Positions 53,004 through 63,366 are shown, counted from the first letter of the stretch. The stretch: DNA of 64,000 bases from an uncultured Solirubrobacterales bacterium (GCA_963695675.1 CAVOGY010000002.1:159491-223490), one strand, 5' to 3'. The notes: a model not told the origin generated them from the sequence alone. Numbers and translations: made by a program.

Positions 53004-53453
53004 GTGAAGCCGGTCACCGTTTCGGTCGAGGTGCCCAATCCGCCCCAGCATGTCTACGACTTCCTCGAGGTGCTCGGCAACCACGAGCGCTTCATGGACC
53101 ATTTCATGGTCGACTGGGAACTCTCGGGGCCGAGACGGGGCGTGGGAGCGAAGGCCAACGTCCGGGTGAAGGCCACGGCTGAGAAGGACTGGACCGACGT
53201 CGAGATCGTCGAGGCCGACGCCGGCCGCAGGCTGGTTGAGGAGACCGTCGGCGGTCCGAGCGCCAAGCGCCGCACACGGGGGACCTACCACCTGGAGGGC
53301 CTGCAAGGCGGCGGAACCCGGATAACCTTCGAGCTCGAGTTCGTCGAGCTTCCGACCGGCGAGCGGCTGATGGGGCCCGTGCAGCGCGCCTATGTGCGCC
53401 GCGTGAATGGCAAGGGCATGAAGCGCCTTTCTGAGCAGCTGTCGGCGATCTAG
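53004..53453 (+). CDS. SRPBCC (polyketide cyclase/dehydrase-like) family protein
   Basis: 149 aa starting at a GTG 2 nt after the previous stop. The V.V.A....V..F pattern and length fit SRPBCC. Confidence 0.65.
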   Translation: MKPVTVSVEVPNPPQHVYDFLEVLGNHERFMDHFMVDWELSGPRRGVGAKANVRVKATAEKDWTDVEIVEADAGRRLVEETVGGPSAKRRTRGTYHLEGLQGGGTRITFELEFVELPTGERLMGPVQRAYVRRVNGKGMKRLSEQLSAI

Positions 53454-53469
53454 CTACATTCCCGGGCCG

Positions 53470-53976
53470 ATGGGGGTAGGGCGATCCCTTCTCTTGATGC
53501 TGGGCGCGGCGGCGCTGCTCGCCGTTCTCGGCGGTTGCGGTTCGGACTCGAGCGGGGAGAGCAGCGGCACTGCCGTCCAGAGCAGCACTGCCGCCCAGGC
53601 GTCGATCCCGCCGATCACCTCGCCGATCGCGACAACCACGACGAAGGCCACCACGACGACCAGCGGCAAGAAGAAAGCACCGCCGACGACGACCAGCACC
53701 GGCGGCTCGGCCCCGTGCACGATCCCGGACGCCTACCAGGACTTCAAGTTCACGGGGCTCGACTGTTCGGCGGCGGTCGCAGTGGCGACGGCCTGGGATC
53801 AGAACGGCAAGGACTGCAACACCGTCGACAACCCGAACGTCGACGCGGGGTACCACCGCACCTGCTCGGTCGAGGGCTTCAGCTGCACGGCGAAGCGCGA
53901 CGTCCACTCCGACGCGCGCTTCGTCAGCTGCACCCAGGGCGGCCAGAGCATCCGCTTCACCTGGCTTCCTGCCTAG
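53470..53976 (+). CDS. lipoprotein (Thr/Ser-rich linker, Cys-containing C-terminal domain)
   Basis: Lipobox LLAVLGGCGS follows a hydrophobic signal. The linker is a TTTTKATTTTSGKK type. Confidence 0.65.
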   Translation: MGVGRSLLLMLGAAALLAVLGGCGSDSSGESSGTAVQSSTAAQASIPPITSPIATTTTKATTTTSGKKKAPPTTTSTGGSAPCTIPDAYQDFKFTGLDCSAAVAVATAWDQNGKDCNTVDNPNVDAGYHRTCSVEGFSCTAKRDVHSDARFVSCTQGGQSIRFTWLPA

Positions 53977-54057
53977 GTGTAGGTCCTCGGCCGACTCGAC
54001 TGGGTGCGCCTTCCCTCCGCATCAGCGCGCCCCGGCTAGGCTCTTCCAGGAGGACGA

Positions 54058-54996
54058 GTGGACGAGGAACCCTCTCCGATAAGTAGCTCCGAGCCGGAGC
54101 GAGCGCAGCCAGAAGCCTCAGCCCGATCCAGCCGCAACGGCACCCTCGGCTCCCTGTTGGAATCGACCGGGCGCGCCTTCGCGCCGGTGGCGCGCGCCGG
54201 ATGGCACGGCGCCCGAGGGGTCGCGAGGCGGCTTGGTTTCGATCGGGCGATCGAGCGGGGTGTCGACAGCGCCCTGGACAGCGAGACGGCCGCCCGGGCG
54301 ACCGAGAGGCTGCTTGACAACGAGACCAGCAAGCGCGTCTGGGACACGGTTCTGGAGAGCGACGAGGCGCAGAAGCTCGTCGAGCGCGTCGCCGATGCGC
54401 CCGAGATCCGTGAGGCGATCGCCAAACAGGGGATTGGCGTGGTCGAAGATCTCCGGCGAGGGGTGAGGAGCGCGGCCAGACGAATCGACACCGTCCTCGA
54501 GCGGGTGGCCCGACGCGTGCTCCGCCGGCCGGTGCGGGAGCGCCGCCCGATCTACGCCGGCGCCTTCAGCAGGCTGCTCGCGCTCGGCATCGATGCCGGC
54601 GTCGTCTATGGCTCCCTCCTAGTGATCACGGCGGCGATCGCGTTCCTGATCTCGATCTTCCGGTCGGGGGATCAGCACGCCGGGACCTTCGTGCTCGCGC
54701 TCGGCTTCGTCGCCTGGTCGCTGATCGCCGTCACCTATCTCGTGATCTTCTGGTCCGGCGCCGGGCGGACGCCCGGGATGTCATTCGTCGCCATCCGGAT
54801 GCTCTCCGAGGACGGGCAGCCCGTCAGGCCGGGCCAGGCATTGCGGCGCGTGATCTGGCTGCCGATCTCGGCTCTCCCCGTGCTGCTCGGCTTCTGGGGC
54901 ATCCTCTTCGACCGCGAGCGCCGCGGCTGGCCCGACCGCCGGGCACACACGGTCGTCTGCTACGCCGACCCGGAGCTCGACAAGGACCTCGTTTAG
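54058..54996 (+). CDS. RDD-family membrane protein with a long helical N-terminal extension
   Basis: The C-terminal half reads YAGAFSRLLALGIDAGVVY...RTPGMSFVAIRM...RRGWPDRRAHTVV, an RDD-type pattern. Confidence 0.65.
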   Translation: MDEEPSPISSSEPERAQPEASARSSRNGTLGSLLESTGRAFAPVARAGWHGARGVARRLGFDRAIERGVDSALDSETAARATERLLDNETSKRVWDTVLESDEAQKLVERVADAPEIREAIAKQGIGVVEDLRRGVRSAARRIDTVLERVARRVLRRPVRERRPIYAGAFSRLLALGIDAGVVYGSLLVITAAIAFLISIFRSGDQHAGTFVLALGFVAWSLIAVTYLVIFWSGAGRTPGMSFVAIRMLSEDGQPVRPGQALRRVIWLPISALPVLLGFWGILFDRERRGWPDRRAHTVVCYADPELDKDLV

Positions 54997-55023
54997 CGGG
55001 CGAGCGCTACTTCCGGCGTTCCC

Positions 55024-55320
55024 CTAGACCGGCTCGTCGAGCAGCTCGTTCGCTTCGCTCCAGCGGCCCGGCGGTACGCGAAGGGCGATGTCGCCGCGGC
55101 CGAATTCGTCGACCGGATGATCCGAGGTGATCACCGCATCGAGGCCCGCGTCGGTGAGCTGCTGGCGCCAGGCGCGGGCCGTCTCCAGGTCCTCGAAATC
55201 TCGCACGACGTCCCAGTCGTCGTAGCTCGTGTCGCCGACGTGGAGCTCCGCCAGGCCGTCGGGATGGAGTGGGCCCGTGCCCATGCCGATCAGCCCGCGC
55301 AGCTTGTCGCCCAGACCCAT
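55024..55320 (-). CDS. 98-aa acidic hypothetical protein
   Basis: Track ORF with G/C-rich third positions, ending 9 nt before the SDR gene. No family recognised. Confidence 0.45.
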   Translation of the reverse strand: MGLGDKLRGLIGMGTGPLHPDGLAELHVGDTSYDDWDVVRDFEDLETARAWRQQLTDAGLDAVITSDHPVDEFGRGDIALRVPPGRWSEANELLDEPV

Positions 55321-55329
55321 GTAGCCCCT

Positions 55330-56175
55330 CTAGGCCGCGGCCTGGATCCCGGTGAGCTCGGCGGAGAGCTCGCGCAGCTGCCGCCTGGCGTCCGGGTCCT
55401 CGGCCTGGGGAAGCGGCGCCGACTCGCTCGTCCCGTCGAAGTAGTGACCGTTGACCCCCTCCACCTCGGGGGAGGAGATCAGCCGCATGGTCGCTGCAAT
55501 GCCGTCCTCCAACGGGGTCACCGGCTCGATCCCGGCCCTTTGGACCATGTTGGTCGGCATGTACGTCCCAGGGTGCAGGCAGTTGGCCGTGACGCCGCTG
55601 CCCTCGAGCTCCTCGGCCAGGTCGAAGGTGAGCATCACCAGGGCGAGCTTGCTCTGGCCGTATGCCTGGACGCCGCTGTAGGTCTGCTCGAGCATCACGT
55701 CGTCGAAGTCGATCGGAGCCTGGCCGGCCGAGGTCACGTTGACGATCCGCGATGGGGCCGAGCGCTCGATCAACGGCAGCAGACGGCGGGCGAGCAGGAA
55801 GGGTGCGAGGTAGTTGACCGCGAAGGTCAGCTCGTAGCCGTCGGCGCTCTCCTCACGCCCGCCCGCGGTGCCGATCCCGGCATTGTTGACGAGCACGTCG
55901 ATGCCGTCCTCCTCGAGCAGGGAGTCAGCGAGCTGTCGGACCTCGTCCAGCGAGGAGAGATCTGCCCCCCGCCACTCCAGCTCGCCGTTGATGCGAGGGC
56001 GCGCGCCAGCGCGACCCGTTTTATGCTGGCGCAGCTCCTCTATCAGCTCCCCTCCCTTCTCCTCATTTCGTCCGTGGAGGATCAGGCGCGCGCCGCTCGG
56101 TGCCAGCTCGCTTGCGAGTCCCTTGCCGAGACCGTCAGTCGCCCCGGTGATCACGATCGTCCGCTGGTCGCCCAC
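55330..56175 (-). CDS. short-chain dehydrogenase/reductase (SDR)
   Basis: TGATDGLGKGLA cofactor motif, NNAG, and the catalytic YGQSK. Confidence 0.85.
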   Translation of the reverse strand: MGDQRTIVITGATDGLGKGLASELAPSGARLILHGRNEEKGGELIEELRQHKTGRAGARPRINGELEWRGADLSSLDEVRQLADSLLEEDGIDVLVNNAGIGTAGGREESADGYELTFAVNYLAPFLLARRLLPLIERSAPSRIVNVTSAGQAPIDFDDVMLEQTYSGVQAYGQSKLALVMLTFDLAEELEGSGVTANCLHPGTYMPTNMVQRAGIEPVTPLEDGIAATMRLISSPEVEGVNGHYFDGTSESAPLPQAEDPDARRQLRELSAELTGIQAAA

Positions 56176-56204
56176 TGTCAGCTGGCTCCCCCGGGTGCCC
56201 TCGC

Positions 56205-56663
56205 CTAATCGCCCAGCTCGACGCGCTCGATCACCTGTGGCTCGGTGGGGCGGTCGCCGGGACCGGTCTCGGTTCCCTCGATCGCGTCGACCAAATCCAT
56301 TCCGTCCGTGACCTCACCGAAGACGGTGTGCTTGCCATCGAGCCAGGGCGCGGCGTCGGTGGTGACGATGAAGAACTGTGAGCCGTTTGTGTTGGGCCCG
56401 GCGTTCGCCATCGCGAGCGCGCCGCGGACGACCTTGTGGTCGTTGATCTCGTCGTCGAACGTGTAGCCAGGGCCGCCCGTTCCGGTCCCCTCGGGATCGC
56501 CGCCCTGGATCATGAAGTCCTTGATCACGCGGTGGAAGATCAGGCCGTCGTAGAAGCCGTCGCCCGCCAGCTTGCGGAAGTTCTCGACGGTCTTCGGTGC
56601 GTCCTCGTCGAAGAAGCTGACGGTGATTGGGCCGGCGCTGGTGTGGAGGGTGGCCTCTGACAT
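56205..56663 (-). CDS. cyclophilin-type peptidyl-prolyl cis-trans isomerase
   Basis: [42 protein letters not shown] and HTVFGEV. The start may instead be upstream at 56714. Confidence 0.9.
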   Translation of the reverse strand: MSEATLHTSAGPITVSFFDEDAPKTVENFRKLAGDGFYDGLIFHRVIKDFMIQGGDPEGTGTGGPGYTFDDEINDHKVVRGALAMANAGPNTNGSQFFIVTTDAAPWLDGKHTVFGEVTDGMDLVDAIEGTETGPGDRPTEPQVIERVELGD

Positions 56664-56757
56664 GAACGGAATGGGTCGCTCCTCGGCTCCGCCGGCGGAG
56701 CGCCCTCGCATCACCCTAGCCGACGACCGCCGTCAACCCGCGCCGACCGCCCGACTA

Positions 56758-58230
56758 TCAAGCGGGTTTCGCCTCGGCCTTGCCTCCTCGGCGCACCCTC
56801 GCATCATCCGGCAGCCAGGGCCTGCGCCAGCCCCCGTACCCATGCAGCAGGTTCGAGGCTCCCTCCGGGCCCCAGGTCCCTCGCCGGTAAAACTCGAGCT
56901 GGCAGGGGTTGTCGAGCAGTGGCTGCACAATCCTCCACGTCTGCAGCACCATGTCCTCGCGGGCGAAGCGCTGCTGGTTGCCGGCGAGCGCGTCGGCGAG
57001 AAGCCGCTCATAGGGCCCGGGCTGGTCGCCGAACTGCTCCTTGAAGAGCAGGTCGAGGTGCACCCTCCGCAGCGCGTCCTGCCCCGGCTGTTTGGCCTCG
57101 AGCAGAAAGAAGGCCCCGGGGTCGGGATCGATGCGGAGGACGATCTCGTCGGTCTTTGGGATCGGGCCCCCGCCGATCCCGATTTGCGGAGGGCTCTGGA
57201 GGACCACGCGCACCTCGGTGACCTTCTCCGCCAGCTGCTTGCCGGCGCGGATGAAGAATGGGACCCCGAACCAGCGCCAGTTCTGAATGTCCAGCCGGAG
57301 GGCCGCGAACGTCTCCGTGGTGGAGTTTGGATCCACCCCCTCGATCTCGCGGTAGCCCTCGTACTGGCCGCGCACGTAGCGACTCGGGTTCGCGTCGAGG
57401 ATCGCCCTGAACAGGTCGAGCTTCGCGTCGCGGATCGCATCGGTGTTGGCGCCCCCCGAGGGAGGCTCCATGGCGACCAGCGCGAGCGTCTGCAGGATGT
57501 GGTTTTGGACGACGTCGCGCAGGGCGCCGACGGAGTCGTAGAAGCTGCCGCGGTCGTCGACTCCGAAGTCCTCCGCCATCGTGATCTGGACCGACTCGAC
57601 GTAGCGGCGGTTCCAGATCGGCTCGAATACGGAGTTGGCGAAGCGCAGGTAGGTGATGTCCTGCACCGGCTCTTTGCCGAGGAAGTGGTCGATTCGGTAG
57701 ATCTGATCCTCGTCAAGGACCTGGTGGATCTGGTCGTTGAGTTCGATCGCAGACTGGAGGTCGTGTCCGAACGGTTTCTCGATCACCACCCGGGCGCCCT
57801 TCGTCAGACCTGCGCTGCCGAGGCCCTGGATCACTCCGGCGAAGAGCGAGGGCGGGATCTCAAGGTAAAAGACCGGGTGCTTCGCCGGGGAGAGCGCCTT
57901 CTTCAGCCGCTCGTAGGTGGCCTTGTCCATGTAGTCCCCCTGCACGTAACTCAGACAGTCGGCGAACTTCTTGAATGCGTCCTCGTCGATCCCGCCCTGC
58001 TGTCTCGCCTCGATCCGCGCCTCGATGACCTCGCGCGCGTGCTGCCGCAGGTCGTCGTCGCTCCAATCGGTGCGCCCGACGCCGATCACGGGCACCTTGA
58101 GCGTGCCGTTCTCGCACAGGTCGTACAGGGCCTTCAACGTCATCTTCTTCGCCAGGTCGCCGGTGATCCCGAAAATCACCAGGGCATCGCCGTGTGTGCC
58201 GGCCGGCGGGCCTGAATTCGTCTGGGCCAC
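56758..58230 (-). CDS. zwf: glucose-6-phosphate 1-dehydrogenase
   Basis: VIFGITGDLAKKMT, the active-site block RIDHFLGKE and EPIWNRRYV. 490 aa. Confidence 0.95.
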   Translation of the reverse strand: MAQTNSGPPAGTHGDALVIFGITGDLAKKMTLKALYDLCENGTLKVPVIGVGRTDWSDDDLRQHAREVIEARIEARQQGGIDEDAFKKFADCLSYVQGDYMDKATYERLKKALSPAKHPVFYLEIPPSLFAGVIQGLGSAGLTKGARVVIEKPFGHDLQSAIELNDQIHQVLDEDQIYRIDHFLGKEPVQDITYLRFANSVFEPIWNRRYVESVQITMAEDFGVDDRGSFYDSVGALRDVVQNHILQTLALVAMEPPSGGANTDAIRDAKLDLFRAILDANPSRYVRGQYEGYREIEGVDPNSTTETFAALRLDIQNWRWFGVPFFIRAGKQLAEKVTEVRVVLQSPPQIGIGGGPIPKTDEIVLRIDPDPGAFFLLEAKQPGQDALRRVHLDLLFKEQFGDQPGPYERLLADALAGNQQRFAREDMVLQTWRIVQPLLDNPCQLEFYRRGTWGPEGASNLLHGYGGWRRPWLPDDARVRRGGKAEAKPA

Positions 58231-58257
58231 GACCGCAACCTAGCGGACCGGCATAGG

Positions 58258-59286
58258 ATGGCCACCATGGCGCAGCTGGGAATGGTCGGCCTCGGCAGGA
58301 TGGGAGCGAACATCGTCCGGCGGCTGATGCGGGACGGCCACGACTGTGTCGTCTATAACCGCACCCCGGAGCCGACCAACCAGCTGGCCGGCGAGGGTGC
58401 GGTCCCGACCTTCTCGCTGCAGGAGCTGACGGAGAAGCTTGATGCTCCGCGGGCGGTTTGGGTGATGGTGCCGGCCGGCCAGGTCACCGAGCAGGTGGTC
58501 CACGACGTCGCCGACGTGCTCGAGTCGGGCGACGCGATCATCGACGGCGGCAACTCCTACTACCGCGACGACATCCGCCGCGCGGCCGAGCTTGCCGAGC
58601 GCGGCATCGACTACATCGACTGCGGCACCAGCGGCGGCGTCTTCGGGCTCAGGCGCGGCTACTGCCTGATGATCGGCGGGCCGGATGCCGCGGTCGAGCG
58701 CCTCGACCCGATCTTCGCCTCGGCCGCCCCGGGAGTCGACGCCGCGCAACGGACCCCGGGTCGCAGCGGCGAACTTAGCACCGCCGAGAACGGCTATTTG
58801 CACTGCGGCCCGAGCGGAGCGGGCCACTTCGTGAAGATGGTCCATAACGGGATCGAGTACGGCGTCATGGCCGCCTACGCCGAGGGGCTCAACATCCTCA
58901 AGAACGCCAACGCCGGCAAGGTGGACCGGGAAGCCGATGCGGAGACCGCCCCACTCGAGCATCCCGAGTACTACCAGTACGACCTCGACATCCCGGAGAT
59001 CGCCGAGGTCTGGCGGCGCGGCAGCGTGATCGGCTCATGGCTACTCGACCTGACCGCCGCGTCGCTACAGAAGTCCGGCGACCTCTCCGATTTCGAGGGC
59101 CGGGTCTCCGACTCCGGCGAGGGACGCTGGACCTCGATCGCGGCGATCGAGGAGGGCGTACCGGCCGGAGTGCTCACCACCGCCCTTTACGAGCGCTTCG
59201 CCTCCCGCGACCTCGACGACTTCGCAAACCGCGTGCTCTCTGCGCTGCGTTTCCAGTTCGGCGGCCACGCGGAGAAAAAGGAGTGA
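58258..59286 (+). CDS. gnd: 6-phosphogluconate dehydrogenase (decarboxylating), short Gnd/YqeC-like form
   Basis: MVGLGRMGANIVRRL, DGGNSYY, GTSGGV and HFVKMVHNGIEYG. 342 aa. Confidence 0.9.
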   Translation: MATMAQLGMVGLGRMGANIVRRLMRDGHDCVVYNRTPEPTNQLAGEGAVPTFSLQELTEKLDAPRAVWVMVPAGQVTEQVVHDVADVLESGDAIIDGGNSYYRDDIRRAAELAERGIDYIDCGTSGGVFGLRRGYCLMIGGPDAAVERLDPIFASAAPGVDAAQRTPGRSGELSTAENGYLHCGPSGAGHFVKMVHNGIEYGVMAAYAEGLNILKNANAGKVDREADAETAPLEHPEYYQYDLDIPEIAEVWRRGSVIGSWLLDLTAASLQKSGDLSDFEGRVSDSGEGRWTSIAAIEEGVPAGVLTTALYERFASRDLDDFANRVLSALRFQFGGHAEKKE

Positions 59287-59960
59287 CCGAGCACAGGCTC
59301 GAGGTCCTCGACGATCCCGAGGCCGTCCACAAGCGCGGCGCCGAGGTGATCGTCGAGGGCGCCAGGGCGGCCGTCTCCGAGCGCGGCCGCTGCGCGCTCG
59401 GGGTGAGCGGTGGCCGCGATCCGTGGCCGATGTTCTCCCAGATCGAGGACCACCAGCTCGACTGGACCAAGACCGAGATTTTCCAGGTGGACGAGCGCGT
59501 GGCGCCGGCGGGCTCCGCCGAGCGCAACCTCACGCACCTGGTGCAGAGCCTCTCGATCGGCACCCAGGGAAGCATTCGCCCGATGCCGGTCACCGACGAT
59601 GACCTTGACGCGGCCGCCGACCGCTATGCGGACTTGCTTCCCGACGCCCTCGACCTGGCGCACCTGGGGCTCGGCCCCGATGGCCACACGGCCTCCCTCG
59701 TCCCGGGGGATCCGGTGCTCGAGGTGACCGACCGGCGGGTCGCGGTGACCGCCGGGGAGTACGAGGGGTCGCGCCGGATGACGCTGACCTACCCGGAGCT
59801 GAACCGGGTCCGCCGGCTGCTCTGGGTGGTCACCGGCGAGGAGAAGCGGGACGCGCTCAGCAAGCTGCTGGCACGTGATCCCTCGATTCCGGCGGGCCGA
59901 GTGGAGCCCGGCGGGGACTCGCTGATCCTCGCCGACCGAGCCGCCGCGCCGGAGGCCTAG
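59283..59960 (+). CDS. pgl: 6-phosphogluconolactonase
   Basis: The GTG overlaps the gnd stop (GTGA). Blocks are LGVSGGRDP, FQVDERV and LGLGPDGHTASLVPGDP. Confidence 0.85.
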   Translation: MTEHRLEVLDDPEAVHKRGAEVIVEGARAAVSERGRCALGVSGGRDPWPMFSQIEDHQLDWTKTEIFQVDERVAPAGSAERNLTHLVQSLSIGTQGSIRPMPVTDDDLDAAADRYADLLPDALDLAHLGLGPDGHTASLVPGDPVLEVTDRRVAVTAGEYEGSRRMTLTYPELNRVRRLLWVVTGEEKRDALSKLLARDPSIPAGRVEPGGDSLILADRAAAPEA

Positions 59961-60697
59961 GCAGCCTCGTACTCGTCGTGCCGGCGAATCCAGATGGGCT
60001 CGTCGGCGCCCTCGTGGCGGCCTCTCGGGGTCCGGTCGAGAAGGGTGTAGTACGCCATCGCGGGCCCCTCGAGACCGCGCGCGGTCGTCACGTAGGTCCG
60101 GTAGACGGTCCCGTCGTCGAGCGCATACACGCTCATGCCGGGGCCCTCGGTGACGTATCCCTTCACATCGGTGCCGGAACGCTCTGCCATTGTCTCGACG
60201 GTCACTGGGATCTCGCCGCTTTCCAGGAACGGCTTCAGCTCCTCCTCCGTGTGAAGAAAGCCGAGCTCGCGGTTGAACTCATCACCGGTTGAGACCCAGT
60301 CCAGGTTGTCCCAGCCCATCCGCTCCTTGTAGGCCTGGAGCCGGTCGACCGGCGCGCGCGAGACGAGCAGCACGTTCACGTCGCCGGCCTTCAGGTGCGG
60401 GGCGTTTGCGTTGAAGTTGTCCGCGATCGACGAGCAGACGGTGCAGCCCGCCTCGTAGGGCGGGCCGAACATGAAGTGGTAGATCATCAGCTGCGAGCGC
60501 CCATCGAACAGCTCCGACAGTGACTTCGTTCCCTCGGTGGTCTCGAAGCTGTAGTCCTTCTCGACGGGCACCCAGGGGAGCTCCTGGCGCTTCTTGGTGA
60601 GCTCGTCGCCCTTGTGGGTGAGATCCTTCTCCTCCGCCAGCAGCTTCTCACGCTGCGCTTGCCATTCCTCCTGGGTTCCGACTGTGTGCTCGGGCAT
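59957..60697 (-). CDS. DUF899 thioredoxin-like family protein
   Basis: EWQAQREKLLAEEKDLTHKGDELTKKRQELPWV...LMIYHFMFGP...CTVCS matches the family pattern. Paralog of 61526-62254. Confidence 0.75.
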   Translation of the reverse strand: MPEHTVGTQEEWQAQREKLLAEEKDLTHKGDELTKKRQELPWVPVEKDYSFETTEGTKSLSELFDGRSQLMIYHFMFGPPYEAGCTVCSSIADNFNANAPHLKAGDVNVLLVSRAPVDRLQAYKERMGWDNLDWVSTGDEFNRELGFLHTEEELKPFLESGEIPVTVETMAERSGTDVKGYVTEGPGMSVYALDDGTVYRTYVTTARGLEGPAMAYYTLLDRTPRGRHEGADEPIWIRRHDEYEAA

Positions 60698-60751
60698 TGC
60701 GTCCCTCCTCTAGTTCAGGTCGACGTCATTGCAGAATATATAGTTAGCACA

Positions 60752-61069
60752 ATGGCTAACGATGCTTTCAAGGCACTGGCGCATCCGCTCCGGCGGGAGA
60801 TCGTCGAACGGCTCACGGGCGGGGCAACGACGGTCGGGGAGGCCGGGCGCGACCTGGGCGTCTCGAAGCCGACAATCTCACGGCACCTGAAGATGCTCGA
60901 GGAAGCCGGCGTGGTGACGCGGGTGATCGACGGGCGGACGCACCGGCTCGCCCTGCGACCCGAGACGCTTGCCGAGACCTCGGATTGGATAGAAAGTCAG
61001 CGCGAGCGCTGGGAGCGGCTCTTCGACGTCGTCGGCGAGTACCTCGATGAGCGAAAGGAGCGAGGGTGA
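60752..61069 (+). CDS. ArsR/SmtB-family transcriptional regulator
   Basis: FKALAHPLRREIVERLTGGATTVGEAGRDLGVSKPTISRHLKMLEEAGVV. TATAGT lies 7 nt before the ATG, so the transcript may be leaderless. Confidence 0.85.
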   Translation: MANDAFKALAHPLRREIVERLTGGATTVGEAGRDLGVSKPTISRHLKMLEEAGVVTRVIDGRTHRLALRPETLAETSDWIESQRERWERLFDVVGEYLDERKERG

Positions 61070-61506
61070 CGGAGGACTCGGCACAGGTGGTGCGGATCGA
61101 GAGGACCTTCGACGCTCCGGCCGATGACGTGTTCGACGCCTGGACGAGCGCAGAGGTCATCCGGCGCTGGTTCAAACCGGGCCGGGACTGGGGGGCGCCG
61201 AGCGCCGAGGTGGACCTCCGCGTTGGAGGGACGGTGAGCGTCGTGATGCGCGCTCCCGACGGCACCGAGGTCGGCGCGAGCGGCGAGTACACCTTGATCG
61301 AGCGGCCTCATCGCCTCGCCTTCACCTGGACCTTCGACGACGATCCTTCGAACCAGCAGATGATCGAGCTGGAGTTCACCGAGGAAGGCGGCGCCACCAC
61401 CGTGCGGTTCGTGAACAGCAACATCTCCCACGAGGAGCGGCGCGACCAGCAGTACAGCGGCTGGCAAGCCTGTCTCGACAACATGGAGCGCGCACTGGCG
61501 GCATGA
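61066..61506 (+). CDS. SRPBCC / AHSA1 (Aha1-like) family protein
   Basis: IERTFDAPADDVFDAWTSAEVIRRWF...GWQACLDNMERAL. It overlaps the arsR stop, which is the classic ArsR-AHSA1 pairing. Confidence 0.8.
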   Translation: MTEDSAQVVRIERTFDAPADDVFDAWTSAEVIRRWFKPGRDWGAPSAEVDLRVGGTVSVVMRAPDGTEVGASGEYTLIERPHRLAFTWTFDDDPSNQQMIELEFTEEGGATTVRFVNSNISHEERRDQQYSGWQACLDNMERALAA

Positions 61507-61525
61507 GGGCGCGTGGGCCGAGTCG

Positions 61526-62254
61526 ATGAGCGCCAAGTTCCCGGGGGAGTCGGAGGAGTACCGGACTGCTCGCGACCGGCTGCTCGCCAGCGAGATCGAG
61601 CTCCGTCGCCAGATGGAGGCGGTCGCGGCGGAGCGGCGCGAGTTGCCGCCGGGCGGTGACGTCCCCGAGGACTACATCTTCCAGGGCGAGGGACCCGATG
61701 ACGACCCGGTCGACGTCCGCCTCTCCGAGCTCTTCGCCCCGGGCAAGGACTCCCTCGCGATCTACAGCTTCATGTTTCCGCGAGACCCGGAGGACGACCG
61801 GCCCGGGCCCGTCAGGGAGACGGAGACCGCCAAGCTGCCTCTCGCCGAGGGGCCCTGCCCGTCCTGCGTCGGCCTCCTTGACCAGCTCGATGGGATGGTC
61901 GAGCACGCCAGCCAGCAGGTGAACTTCGCCGTCGTCGCCAAGGCCCCGCTGGACCGGATCCTCACCTGGGCGAGGGAGCGGGGCTGGCGACGGCTCCGGT
62001 TGCTCTCCTCGGCGGGCAATTCGTACAACCCGGACTACCGGGCCGAGACCCCCGAGGGCGCGCAGCGCCCGATGCTGAACGTCTTCCACCGCGACGGTGG
62101 GACCATCCGCCACTTCTGGGGCTCGGAGCTCTTCTACGCGCAGTGGGACCCGGGCCAGGATCCCCGCCACGTGGGGACCCTGGAGCCCCTCTGGAACCTG
62201 TTCGACCTCATACCGGAAGGACGCCCCGACTGGGACGAGCAGCTGAACTACTAG
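61526..62254 (+). CDS. DUF899 thioredoxin-like family protein
   Basis: EEYRTARDRLLASEIELRRQMEAVAAERRELPPG...LAIYSFMF...CPSCV. Confidence 0.75.
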   Translation: MSAKFPGESEEYRTARDRLLASEIELRRQMEAVAAERRELPPGGDVPEDYIFQGEGPDDDPVDVRLSELFAPGKDSLAIYSFMFPRDPEDDRPGPVRETETAKLPLAEGPCPSCVGLLDQLDGMVEHASQQVNFAVVAKAPLDRILTWARERGWRRLRLLSSAGNSYNPDYRAETPEGAQRPMLNVFHRDGGTIRHFWGSELFYAQWDPGQDPRHVGTLEPLWNLFDLIPEGRPDWDEQLNY

Positions 62255-62370
62255 CTCGGCCCTTGACTTGGAGCGCGCTCTAAGTCGTACTCTGAGTTCG
62301 TGGGGATGGCACTAGCGGTCATCGAGGCGGTGGAGTCCTCTCGCCTCTACCGCGAACGGATCGGCAAGAA

Positions 62371-63360
62371 ATGAAGCATCGAAACCTTGGATCTCTCGAC
62401 GTCTCCGCGATCGGCCTCGGCTGCATGGGTATGTCCGCGTTCTACGGCACGACCGACGAACAGGAGTCGACCGCGACGATCCAGCGCGCCCTCGAGCTCG
62501 GTATCGACTTCATCGACACCGCGCAGCTCTACGGACCGCTGACCAACGAGGAGCTGGTAGGGCGTGCCATCAAGGGCAAGCGCGCCCAATACGTGATCGC
62601 GACGAAGTTCGCTCGCCGCATGGATGACGCCAAACCCGGCGACATGACCACCGTCGGCCCCCTCGATGGCTCGGCTGAGCATGTGAAGAGCTCGATCGAT
62701 GGGTCACTCCAGCGGCTCGGCACCGACTACATCGACCTCTACTACCAGCATCGGGTCGATCCGAACGTGGAGATCGAGGAGACGGTCGGCGCGATGGCTG
62801 AGCTGGTCGAAGAGGGGAAGATCCTTCACCTCGGCCTCAGCGAGGCGGCCCCGGAGACCATCCGGCGCGCCCACGCCGTCCACCCGATCACGGCGGTGCA
62901 GACCGAGTATTCGGTGTTCGCGCGTCAGCCGGAGGCGGAGGTCATTCCCACCTGTCGGGAGCTCGGAATCGGCTTCGTCGCGTACTCGCCCCTCGGGCGT
63001 GGATTCCTCTCCGGCCGCTTCAGGTCCCCCGAGGAGCTCGCCGAGGACGACTTCCGTCGGAGGCAGCCCCGCTTCCAGGGCGACAACTTGGAGGCAAACA
63101 TGCGGATCGTCGCCAAGGTCGAGGAGATCGCCAAGGAGAAGGAGATCACCCTCGCCCAGCTGGCGCTGGCCTGGGTGCTGGCTCAGGGTGAGGACATCGT
63201 CCCGATCCCGGGCACCAAGCGGCGCAAGTACCTGGAGGAGAACGCCAAGGCCGCCGAGGTTGAGCTCACCGAAGAGGACCTGGCCCGGATAGAGGCGGAG
63301 CTGCCCGAGGTCTCGGGTGACCGCTACGACGAGGCCGGGATGGCCTCGATCAACCTCTAG
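62371..63360 (+). CDS. aldo/keto reductase
   Basis: [19 protein letters not shown] and [10 protein letters not shown]. 329 aa. Confidence 0.9.
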   Translation: MKHRNLGSLDVSAIGLGCMGMSAFYGTTDEQESTATIQRALELGIDFIDTAQLYGPLTNEELVGRAIKGKRAQYVIATKFARRMDDAKPGDMTTVGPLDGSAEHVKSSIDGSLQRLGTDYIDLYYQHRVDPNVEIEETVGAMAELVEEGKILHLGLSEAAPETIRRAHAVHPITAVQTEYSVFARQPEAEVIPTCRELGIGFVAYSPLGRGFLSGRFRSPEELAEDDFRRRQPRFQGDNLEANMRIVAKVEEIAKEKEITLAQLALAWVLAQGEDIVPIPGTKRRKYLEENAKAAEVELTEEDLARIEAELPEVSGDRYDEAGMASINL

Positions 63361-63366
63361 GCCGCC

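Noticed and set aside
56572-58215. 547-aa plus-strand ORF
   Set aside because: It is antisense to zwf, which has the diagnostic RIDHFLGKE active-site block.
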